From positions 218,832-282,831 of the forward strand of contig NW_004797271.1 in NCBI RefSeq assembly GCF_000002075.1: 64,000 nt of DNA. The letters are read 5' to 3'. Position 1 is the stretch's first letter, and each line of letters starts with the position of its first letter. Source of the stretch: Aplysia californica. Taxonomy: Eukaryota. The position numbers and the translations under genes were made by a program. The notes beneath the pieces are model-generated. The model worked only from the letters and a program-made list of their open reading frames with translations, made no database searches and had not been told where the DNA came from. Of the stretch, positions 12,546 to 25,509 are shown piece after piece.

Positions 12546-14495
12546 TTATGCTCATCTTGAAGGCCCGACTGAGCAGGACATCGAGTCACCCAGCCTGAGT
12601 GCACAGGGAGGAGGAGGAGGAAGCTTAGCAACGAAATGTTTCTCTTGATCAAGAAAGCACCAGTGACCATGAAAAACGTCTTATTTGATTATCGAGAATT
12701 GTTTTCGATTACATGTACGTTTTTTAAAAGCGATTTCTATTTCTCATTTGATTGTTAACACTGTTTATCCTGTTTTCTTACAACTTCGTATGGCGAAAAA
12801 AAGGTAATTTCAGTTCTCCTTGCCGCGTAGTTTAAATAACCTTAGCCGCAACAAATCTTGGCGCCCAGTCAGATTGAGCGCAGCTGTACACCCATGGACC
12901 CTGTTGCCGTTTTTCCAAAGGATTATTAATTGTTCAGATTTTACCCTTGTGTAAAACATCATACAATACTTTGAATAAAGAACGAACACAGGACGCAAAT
13001 ATGTATTTTCTTTTTTGTCAACGTAATTTTGAAAAAAAACTGCATGCTTTTGAGACAAATTCAACACTTCATCGCACTCGTTTGTTTTTGTCCAGTACGG
13101 AAACTCGAATTCTTATGGTGGTTCTACCTATATTATGGCTGTTGTCGCAAAAAAAACAACAACAACACAAAACAAATCATTTTCTTTTTTGTAAAGGAAG
13201 GAATATATTTTTACACCAAATAACACCACACGGCACACTGGCCAGATGTGAAGAGTGAAAAACAAATCAAATCAAAACAAAACAAAAGAACAACTCTTTT
13301 TATATAGTGTCCAAAAACTAACATTAACATGATTTTTGATAAAAATCATTTTCCTATGCAAACAATAATGACAAAGAAGTGCTCAAGTCAATTGTTTTAA
13401 AATGCATTATCTACCTTATGCAAGAAACAAAATTCCTGATGGTGCAATTTGCTCCAGGTTCTAATATAATATATTACGTTTCCTTGAACAGCATACACTT
13501 AATGTCAGCCTTCCAAACTACATTCAAAATATTTGACGCTGAGTTGCAGACAAGATACGGTGTTGTCTGAAATAGAAGCAGTAGATAGAAATTCGAACTT
13601 GGAAAAATGTTCTCTCAAGTCACGCAATTTGCCAACAAGAATGAATAAATCATTGCTCAAAGAAAACCACACAGCCAGCTGTGAACAGCACGCGGCCTTC
13701 CAAACACCGAAGCTCGGCAAAAGGAAGAATACGTCGATCTGATGTTATTGTGCTCCAAATTATTGTACATTTTTAATGCTGCGATAGAACCAATCCGGGT
13801 CACTTAGGCGGGAAGAGGAGTGCAAACTGCAACAGAAAAGAGAAATAGACTTATCCAAAGACTGTTGAAGTGAGACTTTCGGATTCCTCTCTTGTTATTT
13901 CAAACTCCTCCCACGGTGCTCCATCAGGCACGCAATTTCCTTTCATACCATTGCGATTCGAAGAATGGTAGCGTTTGGTTAACAGTCAGCCCTCTAATGA
14001 AACCTTTAAGACTATAATTTAGTTTGTTATTATTTTTCGCTATTAAACATTTTTTTAATACTACCCTAAACACTTCTCCAGTGACAAAAAATATAAATCT
14101 GAGGTCTTCGATTGCAAATTGAAATGCACCTTTTCAATATCACTCCCATTTAAAAAGTACCCATCTAAATTGAGCTGACTTCGTGTTAAAATAGTAACAT
14201 AAAGTTAAAACAGCGTTTCGCTTTGTAATCCAAACAAAGGCAAGTTCAAATGGGACCAAGGACCTTACAACAATTAATGGACTCTCTTGTCTCTCTCCGC
14301 GGCACCGCGCGCAGCACGCCCATCTGAATATCCACAATGGCCGCCAACCATGATCATCCATGCAGTATTTTCTTTACAAAGGATATAATATTTTAATAGG
14401 GTTGGGCAGTGGGCTACGGTGTGGGAGGGAATATGTGCAAAAAAAGAGGGGTGAAGGTGGTGAGGCGGGCCTGGGGAAGTAAGATGGAGAGAGCA

Positions 14496-14502
<7 letters not shown>

Positions 14503-14555
<53 letters not shown>
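14503..14555. repeat. (GA)n microsatellite
   Basis: Direct inspection. Confidence 0.97.
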
Positions 14556-14560
<5 letters not shown>

Positions 14561-15297
14561 TAAGAGATAGAGATAGAAAGAGAGAACGAGAAAAGGGAGG
14601 GGTGGGGCTGTTTGATAATGACTGTTTATTAACTTTATGTTTTGATCCCCATGTTGACTAGTTGTGAAACACAGCCAACACGTAGTTTAAAAGCCAAGAA
14701 AGGTGGTGGGTTTGAGGTTAGGGGGAGGGTGGGGCAAAAAACCCAAAAACAAACAAAAACTCAAGAACATAGAACACAAGAAAGTCAAAATCAGCTTTAA
14801 ATGATTGTTAACAATGATGCCTTTGTCTATGAATTATTGAGCACAGTAATTTTGTTTCCTTTTTCTTTTACACGAAGTGCACCCCCACCCCCTCCGATGG
14901 TTTTAACTATTGAACAGGTAACAATACATGTACAAATATCCTTTTGTATTTTAATCTGGGATAAACATAAACTGTAGGCCTATTGATGAGCTAATACATG
15001 TACTACAGGCTTAATTGTTAGCTTGTGTCCTGGATTGATTTCAATTGTGAGTGCATATTCAACGCTATGCACATCTATATCTTGTCTAGCTCCCTACATG
15101 ATGTATCTTCTTTTCATACTAATCGTACACACCTAAGCTTACTGAGTTCGATTAGTAAGTCAGACTTATTTTATGTTTTTAAACCCATTCAACTCACTAC
15201 TATTACTGATGCCTAAATGTGACATGTATGATTATTTTATGCATCATGATTACATTTCTATCTCTTTCAATATGAAGGAGAGAAATGCTTTAAAAAA

Positions 15298-15361
15298 CCT
15301 TCCTGGAACTCCGGCCTCTCTTGTGACTGGCGGGGATACTTAACACTGCACTACCGATGAC
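15298..15361 (-). pseudogene. tRNA-Asp-like remnant
   Basis: Minus strand TCGGTAGTGCAGTGTTAAGTATCCCCGCCAGTCAC..GGCCGGAGTTC resembles the metazoan tRNA-Asp(GTC) 5' half; T-arm and acceptor stem are broken. Confidence 0.55.
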
Positions 15362-15559
15362 TGCAAGAATATAGATATTAGATATTATTATGTGTCGAAA
15401 TGGTTCAAACACGAATTAAATACCAGTTTGTGCACGTTCAGCAGATAGCGAGCAGCGGAAAAAGTTCATTTCTCAGCGTGTCATCCTTGGGAAAAGGATA
15501 CGTTATACGGTTAGTGGGAAAGCGGAGGACCGGGGAACAGCGACTGCAATTTTAAAATA

Positions 15560-16818
15560 TACTGATAATAGATGAGCAAAAGAAAGTGGGCACCCTCCGT
15601 TCTGTGCATTATTTCCCTTCTTTGCCGCCGTAATGCCGTATTGCCCATGGATTTTGAAAGGCTTGCCATTTTCTCAATAGGTGCAGACAAAAAGACTAAG
15701 AAAAACGATCAAAAGCACACCTTTTGTTAGAAATTGATAACACCTATTCGAATGTTCAAAATCCCAGACTTAGTGACAGGTGTATCTCCCACCAGCATTG
15801 ATGACTACAGTGGCTCTCCGCTTCATGGATTGCATATGTCGTTGGATAAATTGCTGGGGAATATTATTCCAAGCATCAATTAGTGATTGCTGCAGTAGTG
15901 GGATTGTCATTGGTGGTGGCCAAAGTGTGCGAATTTCCTTTTCCTTCTTGTTCCAGAGGTGCTTTACGGATTCCCATACCATAATGCTACGTTTGTCAGC
16001 AACAGCACTGGCACACTGAGGCAAATAACGTTCATGACGTCTCCGGCAGACTTTCTGCCTTCCATCGTGGGGATCCAAAAGAAATCTGGACTCGTCAGAA
16101 AACATCACTCTGTTCCACTGGCGGTTTAGCCATCGCTGATGCAGACGAGTCAAGTTGAGTCTGGCATGACGGTGTCTTTGGAGGAGACGAGTGCGTCGAG
16201 GTGGGTGTCGGGCAACGATTCAGTGGGCTTTCAAACGTCGACAAACGGTGAAGCGGCTGATTGGTTTACGCCCAGCCCAATCTCTGACAGTTTTAGAAGC
16301 TGTTTGAAACCAATCCTGCAAGTCTGGAACTCTGATCCGATTGTCTTCAACCACAGTAGAGACACGAGGACGACCAGACCTTGGAGTGTCACTAACCGAA
16401 CCACTTGCTTGGAAGTGTTTCCTTAGCTTCTGGATAGTATTTCTCTTCACATTGAAAGCTCTAGCTACAAGAGCTTCATGACGTTGCGCTTCACAAAGAC
16501 GAGGCATCGTATAAAACAAAATTGAAAAGAAAAAACCCAACATTTTTGATGGCCTTTGCGCCGACACACGGCCTATTGATGTGTAACGAAAAAAGAATAA
16601 AAGTAAAGGCATTGTAAACTTTCAAGAAAAAACGAGAAAACACGTTTTTGGCCAAACGTGTTGTAAACACTTTTTATAACAACAAAATAAACAAATGTTG
16701 TTCTGAACGACTTTCTAAAGTGACACAAGCTCAGCATGTCAATCGCCAAGTCAAAATTCGGGAGACTACTCATACAGCACCAATTTGAAAACTGCCCACT
16801 TTCTTTTGCTCGCCAGTA
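15560..16818 (-). mobile_element. Tc1 transposon with internally deleted transposase
   Basis: TIRs TACTG..GAGCAAAAGAAAGTGGGCA at both ends with flanking TA; MPRL..VARAFNV..SGSVSDTPRSGRPR (HTH), WNRVMFSDESRF, AWNNIPQ..SMKRR..AGGRYT; second Asp region missing. Confidence 0.93.
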
Positions 16819-17027
16819 TAGAACAAAATTGTTCGGGGAAGAGCGACTATGCAACGCGAATACATTGTAATTTGTCTTAATGGTACTGAGCATGGTATCG
16901 AGAAGTGAACTGGGACGTAGAATTCTTTTAAAGTTAACCGCCGCTCTTTGCGGGGAGGGGGGGGGGTTAATTATTGCAGTCGAAAACTGAAAATTTTATT
17001 TTCGGAATCAGCCTATCATAATAAGCA

Positions 17028-17030
<3 letters not shown>

Positions 17031-17114
<84 letters not shown>
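17031..17114. repeat. (CT)n microsatellite
   Basis: Direct inspection. Confidence 0.97.
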
Positions 17115-17118
<4 letters not shown>

Positions 17119-17555
17119 CATTTTTATCTCCAAGTGGAGCATAAGCCATCAACAACATTTCTCCAGCTTCCTGTGCGTCCTTTTCTATCTGTTTCCATGA
17201 TATCCCCGCCTTTTCCATTTTCGATTGTACCGCTCGCCTTCATGTCATCTTTGGTCTTCATTTCTTACATTTTCCTTGTGGATTCCATGTCAAAGCCTGT
17301 CTGATGACGCTTATCGGGGGGTCTCCTCAGGGTGTCCCCAATCCATTTACATTTCTTCACTGGTATGTAGTCTTCCTTTACTGGCCTTTGGCTTGTTCTT
17401 TCCTACAGTTGAGCATGTGGGACTCGATTGTGCCACTTTATCCCCTCTATCCTTCTTAGGCATCCATTTTTGAAGCCCTGCAGTTTCCTTGCTGCTGATG
17501 CTGTGAGCCTCCATGTCTCTGAACCGTACAGTAGAACAGTCTTTAACATATCGCT
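17115..17555 (-). mobile_element. 5'-truncated RTE-clade LINE 3' end
   Basis: VLLYGSETWRLT..KLQGFKNGCLRRIEGIKW; WIGHTLR-like motif; MEKAGISWKQIEKDAQ. Confidence 0.88.
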
Positions 17556-18648
17556 GTACAAAGATGTCGTTATAGAGAGACGGCATTGTAATTGAAATTT
17601 CCCGAACGTGGGAAAAAAATATAATGAGATAATATTTACTCTATTTTTACCATATTTGTTTTCATTCACAATTCAGTGATGACGATTCGAATAAGAAGTA
17701 TAAGTATGCCATTATTAATTTTGCACACACTGGGGAGGGGGTGGGCATCTCGTGTGATGGTTCATCTCTATTTGGTTCATATCACATTGATTCTCAGTCA
17801 AACAAGTCTGCCTTTGAATATGTGTGTCTATCGTTGTTTTCTATCAAACTTTTCATGTACACGTGCAGGCGCAGTGAAGTGCTTCTCACTTTTCACCTTG
17901 AGACACACCATAAACAAGCTTTTGCAGCTGAGTATTTTTAGATTGAAAACAGTCCAAAAGCGCACGACAAAGGGGTGGTGGGATACGTACATTTTTGTGT
18001 ATAAGTCTAGTGTCTTTTTTAGTTCAGCTTTAGAAAGGTTTTTTCGTCATATGAGAGCCAAGGGCTGGATGTCAACAGAGAACACCAAACAGGAAATCAG
18101 GCTTACTCTATTGGTTGTAATTGGATGGGTGTGTAAGGTCATTAGAATGACAGTGGCGAGTCACCAAGACTCTGGAAAGGTGTGCAACCGCCATAATTAT
18201 GTCGTTGTATACGTCTAATAGTGTAAGTCGAGGGTACGATTCTAAACAATCGTAACTCGAGATACGACTTTTTTGAAAGAAAATATATTATTATGTTAAA
18301 GAACAAAACGACGCCCACCTTGTGTTAAAACGATGTACCTATAGCTTTAATATTAAGGCAGCTATGGCACAGAGTCTTTTTGTCGTATCTTGAGTTTGGC
18401 AAAAAAATTGCATTAAAACTGTATTAAGTCTAGTTACGATACTTTGGTTTCAAATCTCGGTGTCGTATATATCGTAACAATGACATACGACTGTTTGGTT
18501 TCCAATTTTCCATCCAAACCGGGCGATTTCTATGTCGTAACTACTACTGTCAGCGTTTCACTCTTGTGTCTGTCCGACTCAATTTTTGCAAGAGATTCTG
18601 TATCTCAGGAATGAATTCATTTCGTGGATAGTAAAGGGTTAGTCAGGT

Positions 18649-21600
18649 GAATGTGAGTTTTTTGTCCAATATAACGCCGAGGAAACGAGCCTGATCCTGG
18701 ACGACAATCCTTTCCCCGTATAGTGTTAAATCCGGCTGCAGTGCACGTTTGCCTGATCGGCAGAAATATTTGTGTACTGCAACCGTCTTTGACGGAGAAA
18801 ACTTGAAACCGTTATTGTTTGCTCACTTTTCAAGTTTGTGCAGCTGCGTTTGCAGCTGCCTTTCTATAGATCTTAGTTGAGGAATTTTCGAACGGCAGCA
18901 TATCAAGAAGTCGTCAACGTTTAACGAGTTGTCTTTGCTATTTTGGAGGGTTTTTAAGATAAAATCTCTTTTGATTTCAAATGGGAGAGGAGAAAGGATA
19001 CTCCCCTGGGGGGGGGGGGGGGGGGACACCTTCCTCCTGTTGGTGGGGATCTGAAAGAGAGGATCCGACACGAACTTGGAAGGAACGGTTCTTTCAGGAA
19101 ATTGCCAATGAAGGCAGGGAGGTGACCGCGTATGCCGAGAGCGTGCAGGTCTCTGAGAATGCCGTACTTCCAGGTTGTGTCGAAGGCGTTTTCTAGGTCG
19201 AAAAAGATGGCCATCATGTGGCCTCCTTCGGCAAACGTCTCGCGTACAAAGGTCTCCCGGCGGACCAGTTGATCTAGAGTGGATCGAGTTTTCCGAAATA
19301 CGCACTAGAGACCGCTCAGCGAGCCTGTCGTCTCCAGAAACCACATGAGTTGCCTGTGGATCATACTATCTATAAATTTGCACAGACAGCTCGTTAGTGC
19401 TATTGGTCTGTAATTGGATGGGTGTGTGTGGTCTTTGTTTGATTTGGGTAAAGGAATGACAGTGGCGAGACGCCAAGACTCCCGTAAGGAGTGCGACCGC
19501 CACATGTCGTTGTTTCTGTCTAGTAGGAGTGTAAGTGTTTCTGTGGGTAAGTGTCGAAGGGTCTGGTTGTGGATGTCATCAGGACCCGGGGCTGTATTGC
19601 CAAGGTCCGAGATGTACGATGTTAGTTCGTCTGATGTGAAGTCTGCGTTGTAGGTTTCAGTGTTGTTTGAGTGGAAGTTTAGGTTTTTGTTGTTCTCTGT
19701 TAGTTTTGATGTTTTGGAAGGTGGTGTTGTAGTTTGGTGACCCGGGCGACGACCAATCCGGTATAGTGTCTGAGCCGTTTGACATTCTCATGTGGTGAGT
19801 CTTGGGCAGAGAAGCTTGGCGGTGCCCATCCCTCTCCAAGCTCTTAACCGTAGGCCGATGTCCACGAACATGATGTGGGTCGCCCCCGATCGCATACACT
19901 TGACCGTTGAGCTCAGCTTGGAACCTTTCCGCTCTGACCGTTGGGTCCGTCATGGGACGCTTCCGCTCATGGCCGTTGGCTGTTTGATGCTGCTCATCCG
20001 CCCAGTGGTGTTCGCTCTCTCCCACTCTCTTCAACATCTTCCTAGAATGAATCATGACTGACACTCTGGAACACCACAATGGAACAATCAGTATTGGAGG
20101 CAGGACAATCACTAACTTGCGTTTTGCCGATGACATCGATGGATTAGCAGGAGAAGAACAGGAGCTCGCCACACTAGTGGAGCGGCTGGATACAACCTCA
20201 GCAGCCTACGGCATGGAGATCAGGGCCGAGAAAACCAAGCTAATGACCAATAACACCAATGGCTTCAACGCGGACATCAAAGTCAGGGGCGAGAAACTTG
20301 AGACCGTCAACAGCTTCAAATACCTTGGATCAATCGTCTCAGATGAAGGCCCAAGACCAGAAATTCTCTCTGGAATCGCGCAAACAACAGCAGCGCTGTC
20401 AATACGGAAGCCTATTTGGAGGGACAGAAACATCACATACAACTAAAAAATTAGACTAATGCGCTCACTGGGCATCTCAATATTTTTATACGCCTGCGAG
20501 TCGTGGACACTAACAGCAGAATTAGAGAAAAAGATTCAGACCACAGAGATGGGATGTTACCGCAGACTCCTTGACATCTCGTACAAAGACCACGTTTCAA
20601 TGCTGAAGTACGAAAGAGAATCACCAACGCAGTGGGGCAATATAAAGATCTGCTGATCACAGTGAAGAGACGAAAACTAAAATGGTATGGGCATGTCAAA
20701 AGATCCACAGCCAAAACAGTCCTGCAAGGAACCGTACAAGGAAAGAGAAAGAGAGGAAGGCAGAGAAGGAGATGGGAGGACAACATTACAGGGTGGACAG
20801 GAAAGACGATGGGTGACAATCTGAGGAAAGCAGAGGACTAAAATAGATGGCGAGAGCAGGTTTTCAGATGCAGTTGTGCCCCCACGGTTGCCCCAACCAC
20901 GGGATAGAAGAAGAAGAAGAAGAAGACGAGGTTGTAGTTTGCTTGGGATGAGTTGTTGGAAAGAGATGTAGCTATTGTGTTTGCGATGTTTACCTGTGTT
21001 TCAGATGTGGTTCCATCCGGCCTCTGGATATGCCCGATGGTGTCTGTGCGTCTTCCTAAATTTTTTTTTAGCGATTTTAAAAACTTGGCTGAGTGGTGTC
21101 TGGTTGTTCATTTTGGAGATGTATTGTCTTTTGCTCTCCCTGAGGCATCTACGTGCCTCAGCTCGACCTTTTAGGTAATTAATTTTGTTTTCTGTGGTGG
21201 TGTTGTCGACTCTTTTTTTGACATGCTGTCTTCTTTTTCTTTACTGCAGCATCTTTACTGAGAGAACCAGATCTTGTTCTTCCGCACAAAGGCCCCGGCT
21301 TCGGAGTAATACTCGGACTCCTCCTTGCGGGGGAAGCCGAGTGGTCTAGTGGGGGATTTGAAGGAGTGACGGACTCTGCCCTTCACGGGGTCAGTCCGGG
21401 AAGGGGTGTTGGAGATGTCCTCCTCCTTTGGTTAGAGGGGTAGGGGGATGTCTGCTGAAGGGGAAGGGGGAGGTGGAGTAGATGGAGGGGGTGGGAAGAG
21501 GGGGGAGGGGACACCTCACACTTCATCAGAGGGATGAGGTGTGAGGTAGAAGAAGAAGAAAAAGAAGAAGAAGGGATAGGAGAGGGAGAAGGGGGGTAGG

Positions 21601-23176
21601 GGAGAAGAGGGGGTGGAGAAAGAGTTCACCCCATCATCCCTCAGAGCGGTTTGTTAGTGGCACCTGAAAGGTGGGTACTGCAGGGGTAGGAAAACCTTTA
21701 TGGGTCTTGGTGAAGCAAGTCGCTTGTTGACCGCGGGTTCTGGGGGTCGACAGTGGAAGCACCGGCCGACCTCGTGACTGGCCGGAGTACGCTCGCATAT
21801 GACCGGCCAGAGACCGGAGTCATTAATGGCGGGCAGACAGCTTTGCGGGCTTTTTTAGAAGAGCAGCCATTTGGCGCTTTGTACTCTTGGATTGCGCGTT
21901 CTTGGATCCAAGTCGGGCAATCCTTGCTGAAGGCTGTGTGCTGGCCCTGGCAATTTGAGCTGCAAGGACAAGCCATCACGACTGACCATGGCCAATTTTC
22001 AGACACTGAAAGCAGCGCAGAGGGTTTGGCACCTAGGGTCGCACGCCCAAGACCAAGTACGATGCCCGAACGGTGGCGACACGAATCGAAAGTTAGAATT
22101 ATCATATTCGGTTCAAGTGTGGTCTCCCTCCGCCGAAGAGTAATCCGGCGGGCTTCGACCACATCCTCGCAGTTATCCACAATTTTTGGTTTGAGCAGTA
22201 GCCCTTCAGCTCATGGCTGCGGACCACGCCCTTCGACTGGTTAAACTTCTGGTGTCGCTCGGACACACAAGGAACACCACTGAAGATCGAGATCGTCTCA
22301 AGTCCGTCCAGTTCTTTATCCGATGCGCACTTGATGAGGAGAGCACCAGAAGACAGTTTCTGGACAATCGTAGGAATGTATCCCAGAACCTGTCGTAGTG
22401 CATCTCCTGCTTTAAAAAGGTTGAGATCTGTGATCTTTTTCTACGCATCGGTGTGGCAGATGGTCAAGTACAGCTGCCGCGGGATGTCTCTGAGAGGGGG
22501 AGGGCAGAGGCAGCCGTAAAGGTCCTTTTCCGTTTGGGGTAGGTTTGCTCGGCTCGGCGGCCGCACCTGCTTCCGCGAGCGAGATTTTTTAATACCGTTG
22601 AGAGTTGGGGAAGGGTTTTCGTTTAATGAAGGTTCCATGTGAGTGTTTTTATTGGTTTCCCACCATGATCGAGCCCAACAAGGGGACACATTGCTCGAAT
22701 GACCAGAGCTGTGCCAGGGATACTCCGGAGCTATACTCTCCACGAGAGCGCACAAGACCCTCCTGTCAAGATTGACCCAGAGCTTGAAGTAGTTTCAACT
22801 CCCAACCGATCGAGTGGCATGGGCCGTGCCACCCTCCCGTGTAAGAGGAAAACCTGGGCCAAAGAGGTGTGTTGGCGAGTCCGTAGACTAATCTCTCGCC
22901 AACCGCCAGGTACCCTGTTTCCCTCCACACGGGTCGCACCTCACGGTCAACAAGGCGCCCACTCTGTGGGATGGGTGACCTCTCTTTTTGCTGCACCTGA
23001 GGTTAGCGGTGAGAGAAAAGATAGAAGAAGAAAGAAAGGAGGAAGGAGAAAAGGAAGAAGCACCAAAGTCGGTGTCGCATCCGGACCCCAGAGGGTTGGG
23101 ACACCTCGTCTTTTAATTGGTTACACCTCCTGCAGACGAAGCAGTGGGTCTATGTATATCCCCCCGACCAACTGAT
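18649..23176 (-). mobile_element. I/Nimb-clade LINE, copy 2 (long 5'UTR, ORF1, partial RT; APE and 3' end deleted)
   Basis: Colinear with copy 1; MEPSLNENPSP start at 22638; NYRPIALTSCLCK, FFDLENAFDTTW, QGSILSP, VDDF; 5' end CATCAGTTGGT. Confidence 0.93.
19737..20930 (+). mobile_element. Bipartite RTE-derived retroelement (GC-rich head + RT 3' half + (GAA)n tail)
   Basis: TSD GTTGTAGTTTG (19726-19736, 20931-20941); LSPTLFNIFLE, NLRFADDI, FKYLGS, FLYACESWTL, LKWYGHV, GKRKRGRQRRRWEDNI. Confidence 0.93.
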
Positions 23177-24621
23177 GGTAGAACCTATCATAAATAAGTT
23201 CATGCTTACATGCTTTTTATAATATTCTATACTGATTCCAGAACCAGGCGTTCAGAATTTAAGTTTTACTTCTTGTCGAATTTTCAATTTTCAGCTATTT
23301 TTTAAAATGAAATCTAATTGAGGTGGAAGCATCACCCTAATGTGTTTGTTTTATACTCTGATGAAGCGTCATTCCAAGTATAAGAGATCTGAATTGAAGG
23401 GTCTTGTGCGCTTTTGACATAAACTGCATTGAAAACAAGTACGTTTTAATTACGTTCAAGCCTAATCATCTTCATGTTTTAAATGACCCATACCATTAGA
23501 TCTAATCATTTGTAACTGTTCCACTGCTGAGCGGCATGCATCACTCTGCATTTTGATTTTCCGTAAAAAAGAGGTTCGTTTGTTAGTAGTTCAACTCTGG
23601 TAAAGCGTTAAAATAAAGCTGTTGCAACTTTGGAGTGTTTATTTTCATTCCTAAAAGTAAGAGAAATATACTGAGATTTGGCAATAAAACTGTCGTATCT
23701 GGAGTTGCGATACCCCTGTCTCTCGAAATTTGGAATCCAAAAAGTCGTAACTCAAGATACGACACTTTGTCTTCAACATCTGACTGTCGTAACTTGAGTT
23801 ACTACAGTTTGCTTTCAAGTTTCGATTTTCAGTTTATCGTAACTCATCATTACAGGAAAAGTGGCATAGGCAGCCCCAAGCTCATTAAAAGTACGAGCGT
23901 GGACTGTATTTTGAGGCTCACATGCAAAAAATGAAACCTGTATCTCTAACCGTTTGGAAATAAAACAGTTTTTTTCGTCTCCTGAAAAGTAGCAAATTTT
24001 AGATACGACTTTTTGGAATCGTACCCTCGAAGTATTTCTGAGGGTGAATGTCTAAATATCTGGATGTGGATGTCATCCCGACCCGGGGCTGTATTGCCCA
24101 GGTCCGAGATGCATGGTTTTAGTTCGTCTTGGGTAAAGTCTGCGTTGTAGGTTTCTATGTTGTTTGAGTGGAAGTTTAGGTGTTGCTGTTCTCTATTAGT
24201 TTTGATATTTTGGTAGATAGAGCGCTTTGGGTTAATTTTTGGAGAGAGGTGTAGCTATTGTGTTTGTCATGTTTACTTGTGTCTCTGCTGTGGACACGTC
24301 AGATGGGCGTATACCAAACTTAAAAAAACAACAAACTATTTTGGTAACGTTGTTGACTAGTGTCTGACTGTTGATTTTGGGAATGTATTCTCAGAAGGAT
24401 AGTCTTTTACTCTCCCTGATGCATCCACGTGCCTCAGCTCGAGCTTTTAAATGATTTATTTAGTGGTGTTGTTGTCGACGGCTCTTCGATATGCTGCCTT
24501 CTTTTTTTTTACTGCATTATCACACTCCCTAGGGAACCAGATCTTGTTCTTCTAGTGTTTTGGAGATTTTTTTTTGTATGTGTTTGTACCTCTGGTTATT
24601 GTAAATCAAAACTAAATTCAC

Positions 24622-25009
24622 CATAGATTGTACACAAGATGGTTCACCCCTCTCTTTAAGCCTATAAAATTCAAATTTCGGAAGAACGCCCGGTTACGCT
24701 AATGACAAAAAGCCTCTTAAGAAGCGACTGTCGTCGTCGTTTAATTTCGTTGTATAATGAGAGCCGAGAGGGTCAATAAAATATGTTTTTAAAAATCCCC
24801 AAAACTCCGCACCGTGCAAACCCGGACAGCTGATTTTAGACTGATGAACAGAAGTCAATCCGCATGAACAAGGGGGTGCTGTTTCTATTCTCCCTGTGAA
24901 GAAATGAAAGAGAGCTTCAAAACAACGACTGCATGGGCATCTGAAGCAATGCGCGAACTTCTGTGGACACTTTTGGTTGAGTGAACCATCTTGTTGGGTA
25001 GGATCTTTG
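24622..25009. mobile_element. P-superfamily-like MITE (older copy)
   Basis: Termini CATAGA..CAAGATGG / CCATCTTGTT..TCTTTG; body similar to 48838-49338. Confidence 0.65.
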
Positions 25010-25074
25010 ATGTAACGTATTTGGAAAAACTGAATTCGATATTGTAAGCGATTACATCAAGTTAAACTACAACA

Positions 25075-25509
25075 AGGGAGCTCTCCTGATCTAAACGTTA
25101 AAGTGTTCACCTCTAACTCAATAGGCCCCGGGTTCGAATACAGAAAATTTTCTTCTCTAAAATTGTTTCCTTTCACACCCTTTCCAACTCTCTAATAAGG
25201 TTCTGTCGTCTGCTTTCGTCTCCACTTTTTACCCCACCCTCTCACCTCCATTGCCCCTTTTCTGGACTCCTGACTCTTTCTGCAGCCTTTCTACTCTTAC
25301 TCCGAGGCTCCTTCTTACTGCTGTCTTTCAGTCACACCCCTGATCTTATGGTACGTAAGAGCTAACACCAAGCCTTATTGGATAAGGGTGAAGAATCATG
25401 GAGGTCCCGTGTGCAAGTTGTGCACGTTAAAGATCCCTTGGTGGTCCAAAATTAGTAAGAGTAGCCTTCGGCCGCCACCAGAGCAAAATTCAGTTGCGAA
25501 CACAGAACC
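25075..25509 (+). mobile_element. tRNA-derived Nin/Deu-domain SINE (runs into a gap)
   Basis: B-box GGGTTCGAAT, pyrimidine-rich spacer, GGATAAGG..GGAGGTCCCGTGTGC..GCACGTTAAAGATCCC core. Confidence 0.85.

Larger units (their letters stand above)
18229..24029. mobile_element. Non-autonomous Sola1-like DNA transposon carrying LINE copy 2
   Basis: TIR CGAGGGTACGATTC at both ends; 4-bp TSD AAGT (18225-18228, 24030-24033); many subterminal GTCGTA(T/A)C motifs. Superfamily inferred from TSD length. Confidence 0.8.
17860..24590 (-). mobile_element. I/Nimb-clade LINE, copy 3 (older), split into 17860-18228 and 24030-24590 by a Sola-like insertion
   Basis: Joining ...ATAGTGTAAGT|ATTTCTGAGGGTGAATG... 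restores colinearity with copy 1 at 4340-4520 and 6540-6920. Confidence 0.85.

Noticed and set aside
15298-15361. tRNA-like sequences (also 9987 and 61812) as functional tRNA genes
   Set aside because: Cloverleaf stems and B boxes are broken; treated as remnants.
23355-23400. CTGATGA hammerhead-core motif (also at ~17301, 24841, 49169)
   Set aside because: No correctly placed GAAA with flanking stems could be built.
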